This document shows positions 11,674-25,504 of a DNA stretch of 64,000 nt, piece after piece. Positions within the stretch are counted from its first letter, which is position 1; each line of letters opens with the position of its first letter. The translations under genes were made by a program, and so were the position numbers. The notes below the pieces were generated by a model. The model saw only the letters and a list, made by a program, of their open reading frames with translations, was not told the origin of the DNA and did not search any database. Source of the DNA: Phoronis australis (lineage: Eukaryota > Animalia > Phoronida); NCBI GenBank assembly GCA_002633005.1, contig NMRA01000012.1:1258564-1322563 (forward strand). Reading direction: 5' to 3'.

Positions 11674-12425
11674 CAACAAGGGAACAGTGCTATCAGAAAA
11701 TATCGAATAATTCAAAAACTACACGTCCTAGCGAAAACTGGAAAACATCTTCCGAAAACCCGTTCAAAACTCTATCTCCTGGCAAATTTTTAGAAAATTC
11801 GTAAAATTTTTTGAAAAATTTCAAATTTTGCAATTTTTTGATATTTAAAGTCCAATAACTCAAAAAGGCTAAGTTTGAGAAAAATGTTATCACAGAACTT
11901 TTGAAAAACATACTTCAAGGAAACCACATGCAAAAATTCACGTCATTTGCTTTTCCCGTTCAAAATGCGACTGTAGAACGATCGAAAATGGGTGAAAATG
12001 CACCAGAGCCGCCATCTTGAAAGTGACTTCTGGTTAAACAAAATTTTATAATAGCCAATCAAAAAAAACCGAGAACGTGACGAGTTTGAAAGTGATTGAT
12101 TCGCCAATGCGCCCTCTACAGGAGAAAACGTTTTCGGCCAGATATCTAGGTGCGCATGCGCCATTGCCAATATTTCCGCCATCTTTGACCGGAAGTTAAT
12201 GATTTACGGCGCAGTTGTAGTACTTGTGTGCTTTAATAATCGTACCAATTTTCAGCCCTGTACTTTAAAAAATGCGGCCCCTATGAGCATTTGAATCTGA
12301 AACTGGAAACAAAATGGCCGCCACGTCTGCCATTTTGAATCCGATCACGACCAAAAGCAATAGGCTTCCAGGACTTTCTGATCCACTGGGCCATACTGCT
12401 AGACCCTTGAGTCAGGTTTCTAGCT
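11674..12425 (-). mobile_element. HINE/Helentron-like non-autonomous element
   Basis: AACAAG end, repeated ccgccatctt/aaaatggccgcc motifs and aaaatt-rich blocks. Small terminal hairpin ctagacc...ggtttctag at about 12399-12423. Confidence 0.4.
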
Positions 12426-12449
12426 CCTCAGCTCGGTTTTAACTATATA

Positions 12450-12690
12450 TTAATAAAGCACAAAAAATATTTCCAGGTGATCAGTGCAATGGGCCCTCAT
12501 GCGCGGCCTGCGCACATCTGGTACAACGTGTAGCAGACCGCCTGCAATTATTTTTTTATTTTTACACGTGTGTGAATTTCGTGCGAATCGGACGAAAATT
12601 GCGACCTGTAGAGTGCAAACAAAAAAAATTGACGTCAGAGCAACATACTTGTCGGAAGTCAAAGAATTCCTCCAAGAAGCATTAAAAATT
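12450..12690 (-). mobile_element. DINE-1/HINE-like element 5' fragment
   Basis: The minus strand shows a short sub-terminal inverted repeat, then tgtttgcactctacaggtcgcaattttcgtccgattcgcacgaaatt, a typical HINE-like core. Confidence 0.4.
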
Positions 12691-14807
12691 AAATAAAGAA
12701 AACTTATTGTTCCTTTGGGAAGTGGCCCTTTGTGAAGATAAACACAAGTTAACCTTTAACCTTTTTAGTCGTTTTGTAATATTTATAATGTACCAAGTTA
12801 AAACTACTTTCCAGAGTTGCAGGCTATAACTCTGCAAATGTCAAGGAAAACCAAATTGGGGTACTAACAACAACCATTGTTGAGACAGTAATGCTAGCAA
12901 TTACCTTTCCACTTCATTAGCTCAGATCTACATCAATACAAAGGGCATGCTGAATAGGCATCCTAAAAGTTGTCTGGGACTTAGGGAATCAGAGGTTACC
13001 AGTGTAAGTGAGAAATTCTCCACATGTTGGCCATGTGAGCGCATGCTAATTCAGTGTTTTCTGACAGAAAGCTGTTGTGAAACAATATTTCGATTGTACA
13101 GTATATCCTATGGTCAGATGTTAGGGGAATCTTTATTTAGATATTCATATACATTCAAATCATTGCTAATGTACAACTTTTGCACTGATGGTTTTGCTAT
13201 GGAAGGGTAACCTGACTTCGCGATCTCCGACGAGCTAGTAAGTAGATTTGCAGTTTTGCGTCTAATTCACCAAAATAATCATGTGCACATTATTTCTTTG
13301 GCTCACTAGTATACTCTTTTCGTGACTGGAAGTTTAGTTTCTACTTTTGGCTGGTTTATGTTCGTGATGTCTTCAGGCCAGCCGCGATGGGCCTGATCAG
13401 GTTTTGAGCCACTGGCCGGGATAACGAGCGCTTTTGTATGTTTAGAACTCAAAAAAATCGCAAGTCTAAAATTACAACACACAGCTATGTTCTCCTGTCT
13501 GTATTTCACGGACGAATAATTCGAATTTATCACCGAACAGGGCCCAAAGCTCCCTCGACTGACCTTGGTAAATTGGTCTACCGAACTTTGTAGGCTATGG
13601 TACCTTCCAATACCTATAAATCCGTAACAGCGAAATAAAACAACACATTTGTTCAATAGCTCGATGTATTTGGAAGGGTTTTACATCGAATTTTGTTGAT
13701 TAATTGTTGTAAAATGAATTCAACCGATAAGCTGGCACCAGTAAGCGTGTTGTGAACTGTTGAACAGACTGTGTTCGAACCTCTGACACCATTGGTTAAT
13801 TTCAACACCTCCGTCTGCCGTCTTGTGTCAGATAAAAGAACCGTACTTGCTGTTATTGAGTGGAACTACTCGATCTAAATTGATACAAAATGGAACTTGT
13901 TTTTTGGCTGACTCAGGTATCACAGATTACCTCACCTTTTCAAAGTGGATAAGCTGTACCCATCAGCCAGGAAGGGTCAAGGTATTATATTATCAGGTAC
14001 ATACTAATATGCACTGTTATTTAAAGGGACATTCCCTTCTGATACAAAATAATGCAAAAAATAATGTGCTCGGCCTTTTTCTCTGTATTGACACTGGTGC
14101 AGCTGGGCTGAAAAGGAGCAAGTTGCCCTTGGAGCACAAGAATAGCCTGGGCAAAGCAATCTAGACTCTGTGTGCATCTTTCTTTGCTTAGACTTTTTAA
14201 TCAATTGTGTTCCCAACTAATAGAAACTGACTAAGGTTATTAGCACTAAACAGTTGGACATTGGCCATATTGTTGTAGGGTCATTGTTAGCTTATCAGAT
14301 ATGTAACAGTACAGGACTGCAGTAAACCCACTCGGTTTGATAAAGGTTGGGAATACCTGGGACAAGGCAAGGACACTGGTAATGTGTCTAGACCTGCCCT
14401 TTGACTAGGAAATTACATGCTGTTTGGTTCTACTCAGGTATTTTGTAGTGTTACTGTGTATTTACCTACTCGTTGGTTGTGTATTTACGACCTATTCTGT
14501 GTGTCCCATCCGGGCAGGGGGGGGGGTCTGTGAAGCGAAGATCTCCTGAAGTTTCTCTTAATCGAGGTGAGCACAGTAAAATCTCACCAGTTTCAGACAA
14601 AATCAATTGCCAGAGTTATGCTTTTTGATCAACCCGTTTGCAATGTCCATGCTACGGAGGTAGGGCCTACTGTTTATTCAAATAGGAATGTTGACAAACT
14701 CAAAAAAAGTATAATGGCCATAATTGTCATTTCCCGTTTTGTCAGAAATTCATTACATTGTTAAAATTGCTCGGAATTTCTTCATTTTCATTCAGTGTCA
14801 ATGGCAG

Positions 14808-14981
14808 CTGTACACTGTAAACGTACGCTATAAACGTTGTACACTATAAATGTTGTACTCTGTAAACGTTGTAAACTATAAACGTATACTATAAATGTTG
14901 TACACTATATACCTTGTACACTATAAACGTTGTACACTATAAGCGTTGTACACTATAAACGTTGTACACTATAAATGTTGC
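14808..14981. repeat. Minisatellite, 16-bp unit (ttgtacactataaacg)
   Basis: About 11 near-identical tandem units are directly visible. Confidence 0.9.
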
Positions 14982-15282
14982 AAAAAATAAAGTAAGTCTT
15001 CACGTTTATTTTGGTTGAAAATTTTGATAACATGAAATTTCCTTGTTCTGCAACGTTGTGCTCAAACTTGAAGAAACTTTGCCGGACATTTTTCAGTTAC
15101 CTATAAAATGAACTGCCGTTTTTCATTTTTTGAAGAACAACCTCATTGCAATAGTTTTTCCAAAAAATCTGGATGCCTTATTGAAGCAGCTAAATGAAGA
15201 CTGGTCGGTTATTATTCAGTATACTGCTTTGCATCAAGGCTATGAAGCTTTATGCTGGGCCGTCCTTGGAAAGTGTGGTCAT

Positions 15283-15450
15283 ATGTCCCATCCATACACA
15301 GACTTACCCTTGAACAACTTAAACTTGTGCAAATTGCCCCACTTTAAGTGGAGCGTCCACACTCACACTAGCGCAAGACAGAAGTTGCTGCTCTGCGCTT
15401 GGCAATTAACAGCTGAATCGAATTCGATGCTAAGAAGAAAATCTGTATTA
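15283..15450 (+). mobile_element. Truncated copy of the Harbinger-like MITE found at 35472 and 45463
   Basis: Shares catccatacacagacttaccc..gaacaactt..ccactttaagtggagcgtccacac..gcaagac.gaagttg with the other copies. Confidence 0.7.
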
Positions 15451-17052
15451 TACCAAAGCATTGACGCTTCGCTGTAAAATCCACCTTTTAACTTTGGAGT
15501 TAACTTGTGCTCTTAACTTCAGTGAAAGATGGAAGTTAAGTGTTCTCACTGACCGAAGCTTCGGTAATACCGAAGGCAGTGGGAAAGGCCTTTTAGACAC
15601 CGAAACGAGAATTTAGGTCAAAAGGAAGATGTTTTCATGCTCTCATATCTAAGAATTAAATTGTGTGTTGTATAATGGTAGCCCTGTGTAGCCATTCATT
15701 CAAGAGCAATTTTCTTATAAACACTGTTGTTAAGAAATTTAGCAGGGTAAACTGTTAATGGCATTGCATAGTAAATTCAAGGTTCATGCATTGTGTAGTA
15801 AATTCAAGGTTCAGATAATGAAATCTGCTGCTCTATCAGTGATCTATGTGCAGTTATTGTTCTGGAGTGGAGGCCTGACCTAGAAATCGCTTTGATTGAT
15901 AACAGATTCTGACGCAAGATTGCGTCCTGCTAGATTGCCAGCTGGTTGCGCTTAGTAAAATTTACCTGTAGCTCAGGTGAGAATGCGGAGGTGTATTTGC
16001 ATGGAAAAGTTTTTTTTTTATAGTTTTGACACCATTATTTAGTTTTAATTGCCACCTGGAGTCGGCTTGACTGAAGGTCTGGATTTGCAGTCTCCCTGTA
16101 TGTATGTAATTGCTGTGGAATTCTGGATCATGCTTTTTAAGTTAATTTCTTGGATTAGTATAACTTAGGAATAAAAGTCTTGGATTGAACACTGCCACCT
16201 GATAGGACATCTGGGTTGTCTGGTAGATTTTCATGCCCTCTTTGCAGTTTGGAAATTGCAATATGCACTTCAATGACAATTGAATGCTTGTATGGTAAAA
16301 TCAAAAAAATAGGATACAACATGGAGAGGACAAGCAAATTTTCCCATTCTTTCCATAAAATGTTTGTGGCCCCATATTAATGCTTTTCCATACTCAAGTA
16401 CCATTAGCTACCACTAGAAAATGTTTTGAAAAAATGGACATTCACAACATTGTTAGAAGCCCTTGAAAACTAAATATATGGCAATTTTAGCGATTATTTT
16501 TGTGCAAAAGGGGTGTGATTTTGCCGTATGCAAACTTGTGATTCAAGTACTGGTGATGGAAGCAGGAAGTTATGTGATGGGAACAGTCAGCATTATGGCT
16601 GCTGTCTTCACAAAATTCGACTTTAGAGGAGCAGTTTGAGAGCGACTTAGGTATTTTCATTGGTGGCCTTTTTGCTTGAATTTTGTCTAGTGATGTGCGG
16701 GCTTTATACCAAAAGTCAAATGGGATCTTGGGATCTTGAATCATACACCAGAATGATCTGGTTTAACTCATGGGATACTGGAGTGATTAAGCACCTCTGG
16801 TCATGACAGTGTGTCTGGGTCGAAGGTCACTCCCCATTGTTGGCCTGCTTGCACCCAGTGCTGGGCTGACAACTGCCAACACTTGAACTTTCTAGTCACA
16901 TGATGTTGGGTGGAGGAATGTCACTACACACTTTGTAGTAGCTGTGTTTACTCAGCAGTGACTGACTGTTGGAATGGTGAGTGAGGGTGTTATGTAACTA
17001 CAGACTGTCTAAGGAGGCAGTGATGGGGTTGTGTACTCTCAACAGGATTCTT

Positions 17053-17484
17053 TAGTGCCATTTACTCTTCATAAGTTGACATGGATCAGCTGACATGGAT
17101 CAGCTGACATGGAACAGAATGAGTTGTTCCAGTGTGTAAACGGGACTGATGACACCGCGGTGAGAAAGGTTGCCACCCATTTGCAAGGTAGAGCAATTTG
17201 TGCCCGAACATCTTGCTCCGTGTCAATTATATGTCTAAACGCGAAACTAGGGCGAGGCGGAAAGGATCGTCTCTACTGCGCTTGCCTAATGACCTACGTA
17301 CGGGCTCTTTGTCTCTGCAACTCTCGTCATTTGTAAACCTGCGCATGTGCGATCCAGTCTCTTCAGCCTACAATTTCCGTCTTGTCACAGTTAGTGAGTT
17401 GTGTGTGTAAGCGGCGGCTTGACACGGGTCAATTTGCTCCGTGTCAGTTGTGCCGGGCCAAAAATTGATGTCTAAATGGGACTA
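17053..17484. mobile_element. Harbinger-like MITE
   Basis: Imperfect TIRs tagtgccatttact / tctaaatgggacta. Internal repeats ctccgtgtca/tgacacgg and a short gacatggatcagct tandem. Confidence 0.45.
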
Positions 17485-19064
17485 TGCGATTGCCCTGTGG
17501 AATGTTGGCTGTAATCTCTTGTCATCATGTAAATAAGAGGTTTATACTTCAAGTATGATGAGTTTCATTCTGTGTACAACATGTTTTGCATGTCGTACAT
17601 TGGGGGTTATACTCTGGTGTTGCCAGGTTGTTGCCCCATTTTTCAGAAGTCTTGTTGTCATACCTTTAGCAGTTTTGACTTGGCAGACCATTAGGTGTCA
17701 TTTTTATTACTAGTTTATAAGGCCTCTCGTAAGCATTCATCTATTTAGCCCCCAAAATATGGTTGTAGAAAAATGAATTTCTTTGTCATGAACTTTCTCA
17801 ACTTCGTTATCTGCATGTGGTATCATTAGTCATAAAACAACAGTCTTAATTATTAGTTGAAAAGTAGAAGAATAACAATTTAGGTAATGTGTAACTAATA
17901 TGTGTGTTATTGAAATTACTGTTCACTTGACATCGAAAAATAACCGTAGTCTTTAGAAAGTAGATGCACAAACTTGTTGAACATGACAAATCTTAGTAAA
18001 ATGACTCCTGAATTCTTCATCAATATGAAGATAGTGACTTATGGTATAGTATGTAATCACATTTCAGGTCCTTAGCAGATTACATTTGAGTTAAAATTTT
18101 CACAGAGATCAAACATTTGCACATTTGCAGTGTTCCATTTCCTCAGTTTTCAGGGAGGTCATTTTGTTGTTGCATGAAATGTAAATTTGATTTTAAAAAT
18201 GGCTTCCGTTTTATGTTCAGCGTGTCAAACAAAGCTTCATTAAAAGCATTATAGAGGTGTTTTCTTTGCATGTCTGTATTATGATAATAACAACTCCCCT
18301 TGTAAGGACATTAATTTCCAATTGTAAAGCCGGCTATATGTGTGTTTATACCACCTACCTGTGACAGGAGTTGGTATTATTTCTTCAGAAAATTGTTACA
18401 TTCTCAGCATGGCGCCTGTGTTTTCATTGACTTAAAAGTTTGATTCTGACTTAAGCATTTGATAGAATTTAATTTTTACCAGCTTATTACCTCATTAAAA
18501 TAGAAATGGCCATAACCATCATGACCTTGCAACTATTGTGAGTAATAAATCTTTTGTCTGTCTGTACATGGGCCATTATGAAATGCTGTTTTACTATATT
18601 ATAGGTTTGTGATTCTTGGTACGTATTTAATAACTGTTTGTACTTGGGCTATTGTTATATTTGTCCAGGCCAACTGTGATTGTGTGCTGGTTTTATTTCT
18701 TTGCTTTCATATCAGCTTGTGAAGGAACCACTGTTAGATAATGGATGTCTTGTGGCTCCTCTCTGCCCAGAGTATTTGCTGTTTGATTCATAGGAACCTC
18801 AAATACATTTCAGTTCATTTTGCATGTTTCATGCTGCTAAATTGCATAAAATTTATTAGTAATAAACTTTTTATGGCATGTAATTTTTTTGGGCGAGCAC
18901 GTTTTTTTGTTGGCTCTTTTTCATTTGTAGCTTGGAACTGCTGTCAAATGAATTTATAATTAATATAAATCAGTCATGAGAGCTATGAAATTGAATTTTG
19001 ATTATTTTAAATTGTGTAAAGTGATCCAAAAATTGTCATTACAGACAGATGCTTGTTTCAAGTG

Positions 19065-19161
19065 ATGTCCACACCGAGGCCGGTTAACGGAGACACAGGA
19101 CTTCATCACTCGCCAACAGAGGGCATGAGATCTGCCAGTAGCAGCTCCCCACAAGCATCAG
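19065..19161 (+). CDS. Coding exon of the large plus-strand gene (exon 19045-19161; MSTPRPVNGDTGLHHSPTEGMRSASSSSPQAS, phase-1 end)
   Basis: Acceptor ttgtcattacAG at 19044, a GC-richer open frame from ATG 19065, and a consensus donor CAG|GTAAGA at 19161/19162. The peptide is a Ser/Pro-rich, disordered-looking N-terminus; the family was not recognised. Confidence 0.7.
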
Positions 19162-19848
19162 GTAAGATCAGTAAAATTTTCTCTAAGCTCTGCTATCCTT
19201 GTAAACCCCGTATTTGATAATGTTAACACCCAAGACACTTCATTGAGAAACTTGAAAATAAGGAGGTGAGTTCAGCACTGTCTTTGAAAATGATTGTTTT
19301 GGTTTGTGTCACAGGGTGGACCCCTTTGAGTGCTCTAGTGTGAACATTCATTGCTGCTGTCTTGATTTGTTTCGGTTTGAAATTAGCGATTTTGGCCGGA
19401 CTCAGTTTGCGCTGCATGGGACTTTAAGCTCTACAACAGAACCCAAAGTGTGTAAAAATGGAATCTTTTCAGGGTTGAGATTTGAGCTGAAGGTAGACAT
19501 TAACTTGAGCAGATACAATGTAACTATTAGCTTGGCGTGTCATTTCTCGATTATCCACTGAAACACATTGCTACCATCGAAAAAAAATCTTTTTGTTGTT
19601 AACTACTAGATATGCCCTAGATTTAGTATTCGTGTGCAAAATCTCCGATTTGGGGCACAATATGTCCGACAAATGACATTTTATGTTATCAGGAGTCATC
19701 TGCAGAAGTTGTAATTGTTAATGACCACAATCTCTTAATATCCACCCCCAATTTCCAATAGTTTTACAACTTTTTATACATTCAAATGCCACCAGCAATA
19801 ATTTCATCTTCCAAAACGCTCATCTGTCATTTACAAATGGTGCATTAC

Positions 19849-20067
19849 ATGAAAATCTCGCTAATTTAGGTCACAACATGGCGGACATTTGAAATTTGAT
19901 TTTCTCACTATTCCATGAAACATGCATAACACCAAAGTTTTGCTTCTCCATGTTCGAGTTTTATACCATCAAACAAAGTTATGAAGAATTGTAGGCATTC
20001 ACAACAGTGTTGATAAAGGGTAATTTTGACCACTAATTTTGTCCGAAATTGGCGAGATTTTACTATA
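19849..20067. mobile_element. pogo/Tc1-mariner-like MITE (about 230 bp, multicopy family)
   Basis: TIRs aaaatctcgctaatttagg / ccgaaattggcgagattttacta. Related copies at about 14573, 19634, 42537, 46039, 48279, 50630, 52450, 54974 and 60022. Confidence 0.7.
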
Positions 20068-20763
20068 TTTTAAAAAATCTCTGCATTGGGAATAGCCCTT
20101 TGAAGTGGATGAATAAGTGTATCTCCTTGATAGAGTATTACTCATCAATTGCCATTTAATGGCATGTGTTTGTGAGTAGGTAATGTCTGATATACAACCA
20201 AACTTATCGGGCTCACCGGCTTCATTTCCCCTGTCCATTTGAACGGATGCGGCTGAGTGATCGTGTTTACACGCGCTTTCTGTCGATGCTCTGTTCGACT
20301 GAATCGCCCCACCGTGTGATTTCACACAGCCGTTGCTGTTGCGGATATGTCAATCAGTTTGCTTGCATGACCGTGTGTTAATGCTGGACGCAGTGAAAAT
20401 CAGATGGATATGAGGTAATGCAGCGTGCAGGATTGTGTTTATAGTGCGTTAAAACTATTTCCATGGTTGTGCATCAAAGGGCTGCCATTGTATATACAGG
20501 GTGACCTGAAAAACAAAAACAAAAACAATTCCATTCTACAGAAACACGTTTACTTTCTGAAATTTTGTACACTTAAATTTCAATCCATGAACGATGTTTC
20601 CACAGTTTAACCGTATGATTTGGCTTGTATTGAATTTTTTGTTCTTTCCAAGTGAATTAGAATTTGGAAATTTTCTTATCGGTCTTTTTTGTCACCCTAT
20701 AAGTTGCAGAATATACTTCTCCTCTGCAATGATGAAATCTTGGTGCATTTGTATTCTCAGCTA

Positions 20764-20855
20764 TACGTCATGCAGTCTTTCATTGGCTGTCTAGATTAAT
20801 GTTTTAGTACGTCATGCAGTCTTTCATTGGCTGTCTAGATTAATGTTTTAGTACG
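20764..20855. repeat. Perfect 44-bp tandem duplication
   Basis: tacgtcatgcagtctttcattggctgtctagattaatgttttag at 20764 and 20808. Confidence 0.9.
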
Positions 20856-23118
20856 CTGACTGATAATTCTGTGCTTTTGTAATTAACCCCTTGTCGTGCA
20901 CGTAAATGAATTAAGCATGTCAAATCAGTTCGCATTACTGGAGGCCACTTGAGGATTACAGGGTTAGTGTGTGGTGTGCGCACACGCACGTCATTGTTAT
21001 ATATGGCGAGCAGAGCTCATCATTGAGGTTACTGCCTCAATGGATTCACCTGAGGCGTAATTCATACCCTGACCAACAGGCGTGCGTAAACACAGGAAAT
21101 ACACCTGAGGTGCTCGACATATGGCCAGGCAGGTAGTTGTGGGTCTGAAAGTTTATCGCCGCAGTTACTGAATCGACTAGTGCTACAACACATCACAGGT
21201 GCAGTTATCTTGGGACGCGGGGGTGTATATCTCCCCTGCTGAGTATGTTTAAGGGAGTTCCTTGTTCTGCTGTTCAGTAGCTTGGCTATATAACATCCAT
21301 TTTTGCCATTTGATTTTTTCTGGGACTCTCCTGATGGGTGGACATTGAGATTAGTTGTAGTCGTTTTTCTACTTTTAAAAACAAGTAGTTCCAGTGTCTA
21401 TTAGGGAGCAGTATTCGACACTAACCATTGACATATGTAAGTTATCAGTGCAGGTGTCTGTACCGAAACAAGAAGTCTAATCTTGGCTTGTACATCACTG
21501 TGATTGTGTCATTTTTGAGATTTAAATCAGATAAATGCTCGTCCTTTTCTGTTTGGGAAAATTTAAAATCTAAGCTTGACTTGTTGTGGTTGCATCTTTT
21601 TCAACATTCAGTTGGTATCGACTGGTAACCTGCAGTTGAACTGAGGCAAAGTCAGAAGCATTTTTTTACTGGCAATGTGTTCTGCATGCACGTAACTATA
21701 GTAGTAAAACGTTACCGTGGTAAGGAAAATTTCAAGACTGATTTTGTTGGGGGTAAGTCGCTTAGTTTTGTTTTTGTTCTTTTGTACAGCTAAATGGTAT
21801 GAAGTACAGGTTTTTAATGTCGTCGTATATGTTTCATTGTCTAATGTACAATTTCTCACTTTGTTGTTATTCAACTTATTTCACTTGTGGGCACTTATAG
21901 GTGGCTACTCTGCAGGTGCGTGTCTTAAAATGGATATTTTGTTATGTTTTTGGTCCATTCTTTGGAAAGTTTCCTGTAAGTCAAGTAAAATTAATGGCAA
22001 ATTGTTCAATTTTTAATTTTTCAAGCGTTGACTGTACTGCCAAAAATGTTCAAAATTTCATCACGAGTTTGTCGATGACAGCCGTTTTAATGAAGTTTTG
22101 AAATAATTGAATAAAATTGTCTTATTGTAATCTCTTGTTGAAAATTTTGATAAACTAAATTTTACTGTTGTGCCCTATTGTGCCCTATTATGCGTTAATT
22201 TGAAGAAACTTCACCACATGTTTACTTCTTAATTTCACTCGGATGTTTTGAAGTACAGTGTTCATGCGAGGCTGTGTTCTTGGACATTTAAAAAAGAAGC
22301 ATATTGAATTCATGGGCGTGTCATCTTGAATGCTTTTTTTCATAACTTAAAATCTAAAGAAATGCAAATCATTCTGTGTGTTTCTTGGTGATGTTTCTGT
22401 GTTTTATACTAATAAAAGTTCTACAAGATTTCCCTGATTTTTCCAATATAAATTTTGCGTTAAATGAAGATCCTGAGTAGTTTCGTGTTTGATGTGCATT
22501 AAATTGAAACTTTTACTTCTGAAAGGAAGTTTTCTTTAGCTAGCCAGTCATCATGTCTTATTTTTCATTGAATGCAATAACAGCTTAACGAGTCATTCTC
22601 AGCGACAAAGTAACTGTACAGAAAGTAGCAGTAGCGTGGAATGAAACACTCTAACACCAAACGTTTTGCTTCTAACCTTTACTAAATCTGTATTTTTAGC
22701 ATATTGAAATGGTAAAGTCCTCAGCCTTGATTTCAGCGAATATTGAGCAGGCAACAGTGAAAATTGGTGATTTGCTATCAAATCACACAAAAACAACGGA
22801 TTGATTTCATAGCTCTCGCCAAATCTCATAACTTCAAGAAGTATATCCCATCTAATTGTAATTCCAAAATTGTGTTTTAGGTCACAACAACAATGTTATT
22901 GTAGTTTGTGAACTGATCATAACTGCACTACATCTATATGAAGTGGAGTGCAGGTACATATTAAAACCTTCTGTTGCAAAAAATGTCTCAGTCTGAAACA
23001 GTTAATTAATGTCATGCAGCACGTGAGCATGGTTATTACAGTGAAATTGTTTTCAAATATGTCTATTGCAATTACTTCGATTACGATGTCCATTAACTCA
23101 ATAAACTTGGCAGTTTAC

Positions 23119-23570
23119 CAAGGTACCTAAACTACACGGTCAACGGACTCATAAACACGGGGCACGGACGCATGAACAAGACTCACGGACCTGCAAACAC
23201 CGTCCACTGACTCACAAACACGGGAACGGACTCACAAAACATGATCCACGCACCCAAATACACGGGACACGGACTCATATTCACGAGGAAACACGGTTAA
23301 TGGACCGTCAAACACGTTTCACATACAAAATGGAGATGACAGCTGACCCAGGAAGCCGATGAGTCCGTGACCCGTGTTTGACGGTCCGTTAACCATGTTT
23401 CCTCGTGAATATGAGTCCGTATCCCGTGTATTTGGGTGCGTGGATCGTGTTTTGTGTGTCCGTTCCCGTGTTTGTGAGTCAGTGGATGGTGTTTGCAGGT
23501 CCGTGAGTCGTGTTCATGCGTCCGTGGCCAGTGTTTATGAGTCCGTTGACCGTCTAGTTTAGGTACCTTG
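23119..23570. mobile_element. Fold-back MITE: about 195-bp near-perfect inverted arms around a spacer of about 56 bp
   Basis: caaggtacctaaactacacggtcaacggactcataaacac...gaccgtcaaacacg (23119-23316) is the reverse complement of 23373-23570, with few mismatches. Confidence 0.9.
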
Positions 23571-25504
23571 TTTCCATCGAGACTGTTCTCATACCGCAGT
23601 ATCAAGTTAGTGTCAGAGGGCGTTCAAATTTCAAGTGTTTGTTGTCTGTTTGGGTAACAATAACTATCCTACGCAAAAATTTCTTATGAATTAGGAGCCA
23701 TAGTTTTTGTGAGACCTGGTGTTCAATTCAAATTAGTTCAACTTATGTAAGTCAATTGGAGTAAATTGGTTCAAACTAAATCTGTACCTGAACTTCAGTG
23801 TAAATACCTAAGTTTATGAAAATAATTCTATAAGTTCAGACAGGCTGGAATAAACTGTGAACTGTAAACCTTCCAGAAAAAAAACATACTCTATCAACAA
23901 ACACAAAAATAGCATCACTCTGTCAATAACCATTTTCCCATATAGTGCTAACTGATATAGTGCTGACGTGATGAAATACGCCTTGTCACTAGATGACTAC
24001 AGGGTTGGATTTAATGTAGTGGTATATTTTCTAGCATTTTATGTATTACTGCTGTCAAATTGCCATTGTTGTGAGGTAGAGCATTCAAATATTTTACTCA
24101 AAAATGTTGTCGCTTGACTGAAACAAATGGCATTTTGTGCCTCAACTCTGCGAGTCTTGCACATGAGAATTATCAACTGGAATGGAGATTTTGTGGTCTC
24201 CCAATACTAAAGAGTTGGATGTAGAACATTTCCTTTTGAAAAGGCCAGCTGCTAGTTAATCAGCTACCAACTAATTTCACTTCCTGTGTGAAAGTAAACT
24301 CTGGTGAAACAACCAAATCAAACCAATTTAAAAATGACAAATAGTCTCATTAAATGGGGGAAATCCTTTTTATAGACTAATAAACTTTAGAAAGTCCTCT
24401 GTCCTCAAAAAATCAGTCGATAAATTTCCTGTTTCGGTAAGCAATCAGATCACGTGTGTCTATTTTTATTAATTATTGAGGATGGGTGATGACTGAATGA
24501 AATGCTCTAAACCTGAAATATGCTTTGGTTGCACTGTACAGTTAGACTGTTGCAGCGGCCACCTGGCACTCCCTGGAAATTAAATTCCTCGGGTAGGCCA
24601 GGTTTTGCGGCAGTTTTGAGGTATACATGGTTAGGAGGTTCAGTGAAACTGGTTTGCTTGTGGTCGTGAACATGGTGTTAATCAGAAAAGTCTACTAGTT
24701 TTGCTTTAGATAACCTTTTCTTCAAAATGGAGACTCCATGTAGCTGTGTTGCTTGTGGTACAGTGTCTGGGGAATCTGCAATTTCAAGTATCCCTCAAAT
24801 AATCCAGAATTGCAAAAACTCTTGATTGTATGGATGCACTTTTGGACCACATTCGTGAAATCTGTAGTAATTTATTTTTGAAATTTAGTGTTGGCTTGTG
24901 TCAAACATTGGCTGAGCAGTGGTGGTTTAGAGCTGGAAATGCTAATGTTCCATTTTTGTGCCACCTTTTCCCCAGAGCCTGGCTTCCTTTTCGGTAGAAG
25001 TGAAAGTGCCAAAAGTATGAGACAGATATAGTTGCTGTGGTCTTTCTTGTGTAGTACTTATGAGGTTAAATGACTCAACTTTTAATTCTGTTCATACAGT
25101 TCTTTGCACAGTGGAATAAAGGCAGCTTGTCCAATGATGTGTGGACGCCAGGCAAAACCCAGTCACAACTGGTCCATGCCTTGTTTGTTGATGTCCTAAA
25201 AAGCTTATTTCTCAAACAAACTAAGCTGTTGCTTGCATTCTATCTGTCTGTTGCAGAGTCATGGCGATGTTTTGTAGACCTCTGATTTCACAAATAAGAC
25301 TCCCAACAAACGGGGACCAATTAATCCTCTTGTTGAAGAGGATAACTTGCCAATCACCCTTTTGAACCAGTGCAAGCTGCTTGTTTGCTAGCTTCCCTGA
25401 AAGTGAAGTGCCTGTTAGATGGCGCTGTTTTATAGGACCAGCTGGCAGAGGTTGCTGAAAATGTCTTGAATTGGATTAAAAGACGATGGTTAATCAGAAA
25501 AAAG

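Noticed and set aside
13208-13921. Academ-like element or 116-aa minus-strand gene
   Set aside because: The region is CpG-richer and probably TE-derived, but the terminal match (acctga) is too short and the ORF has no recognisable motif.
14808-14981. Tandem arrays (also 8780, 35346, 42934, 62772) as CRISPR arrays
   Set aside because: The units are head-to-tail with no unique spacers, there are no cas genes, and the context is eukaryotic.
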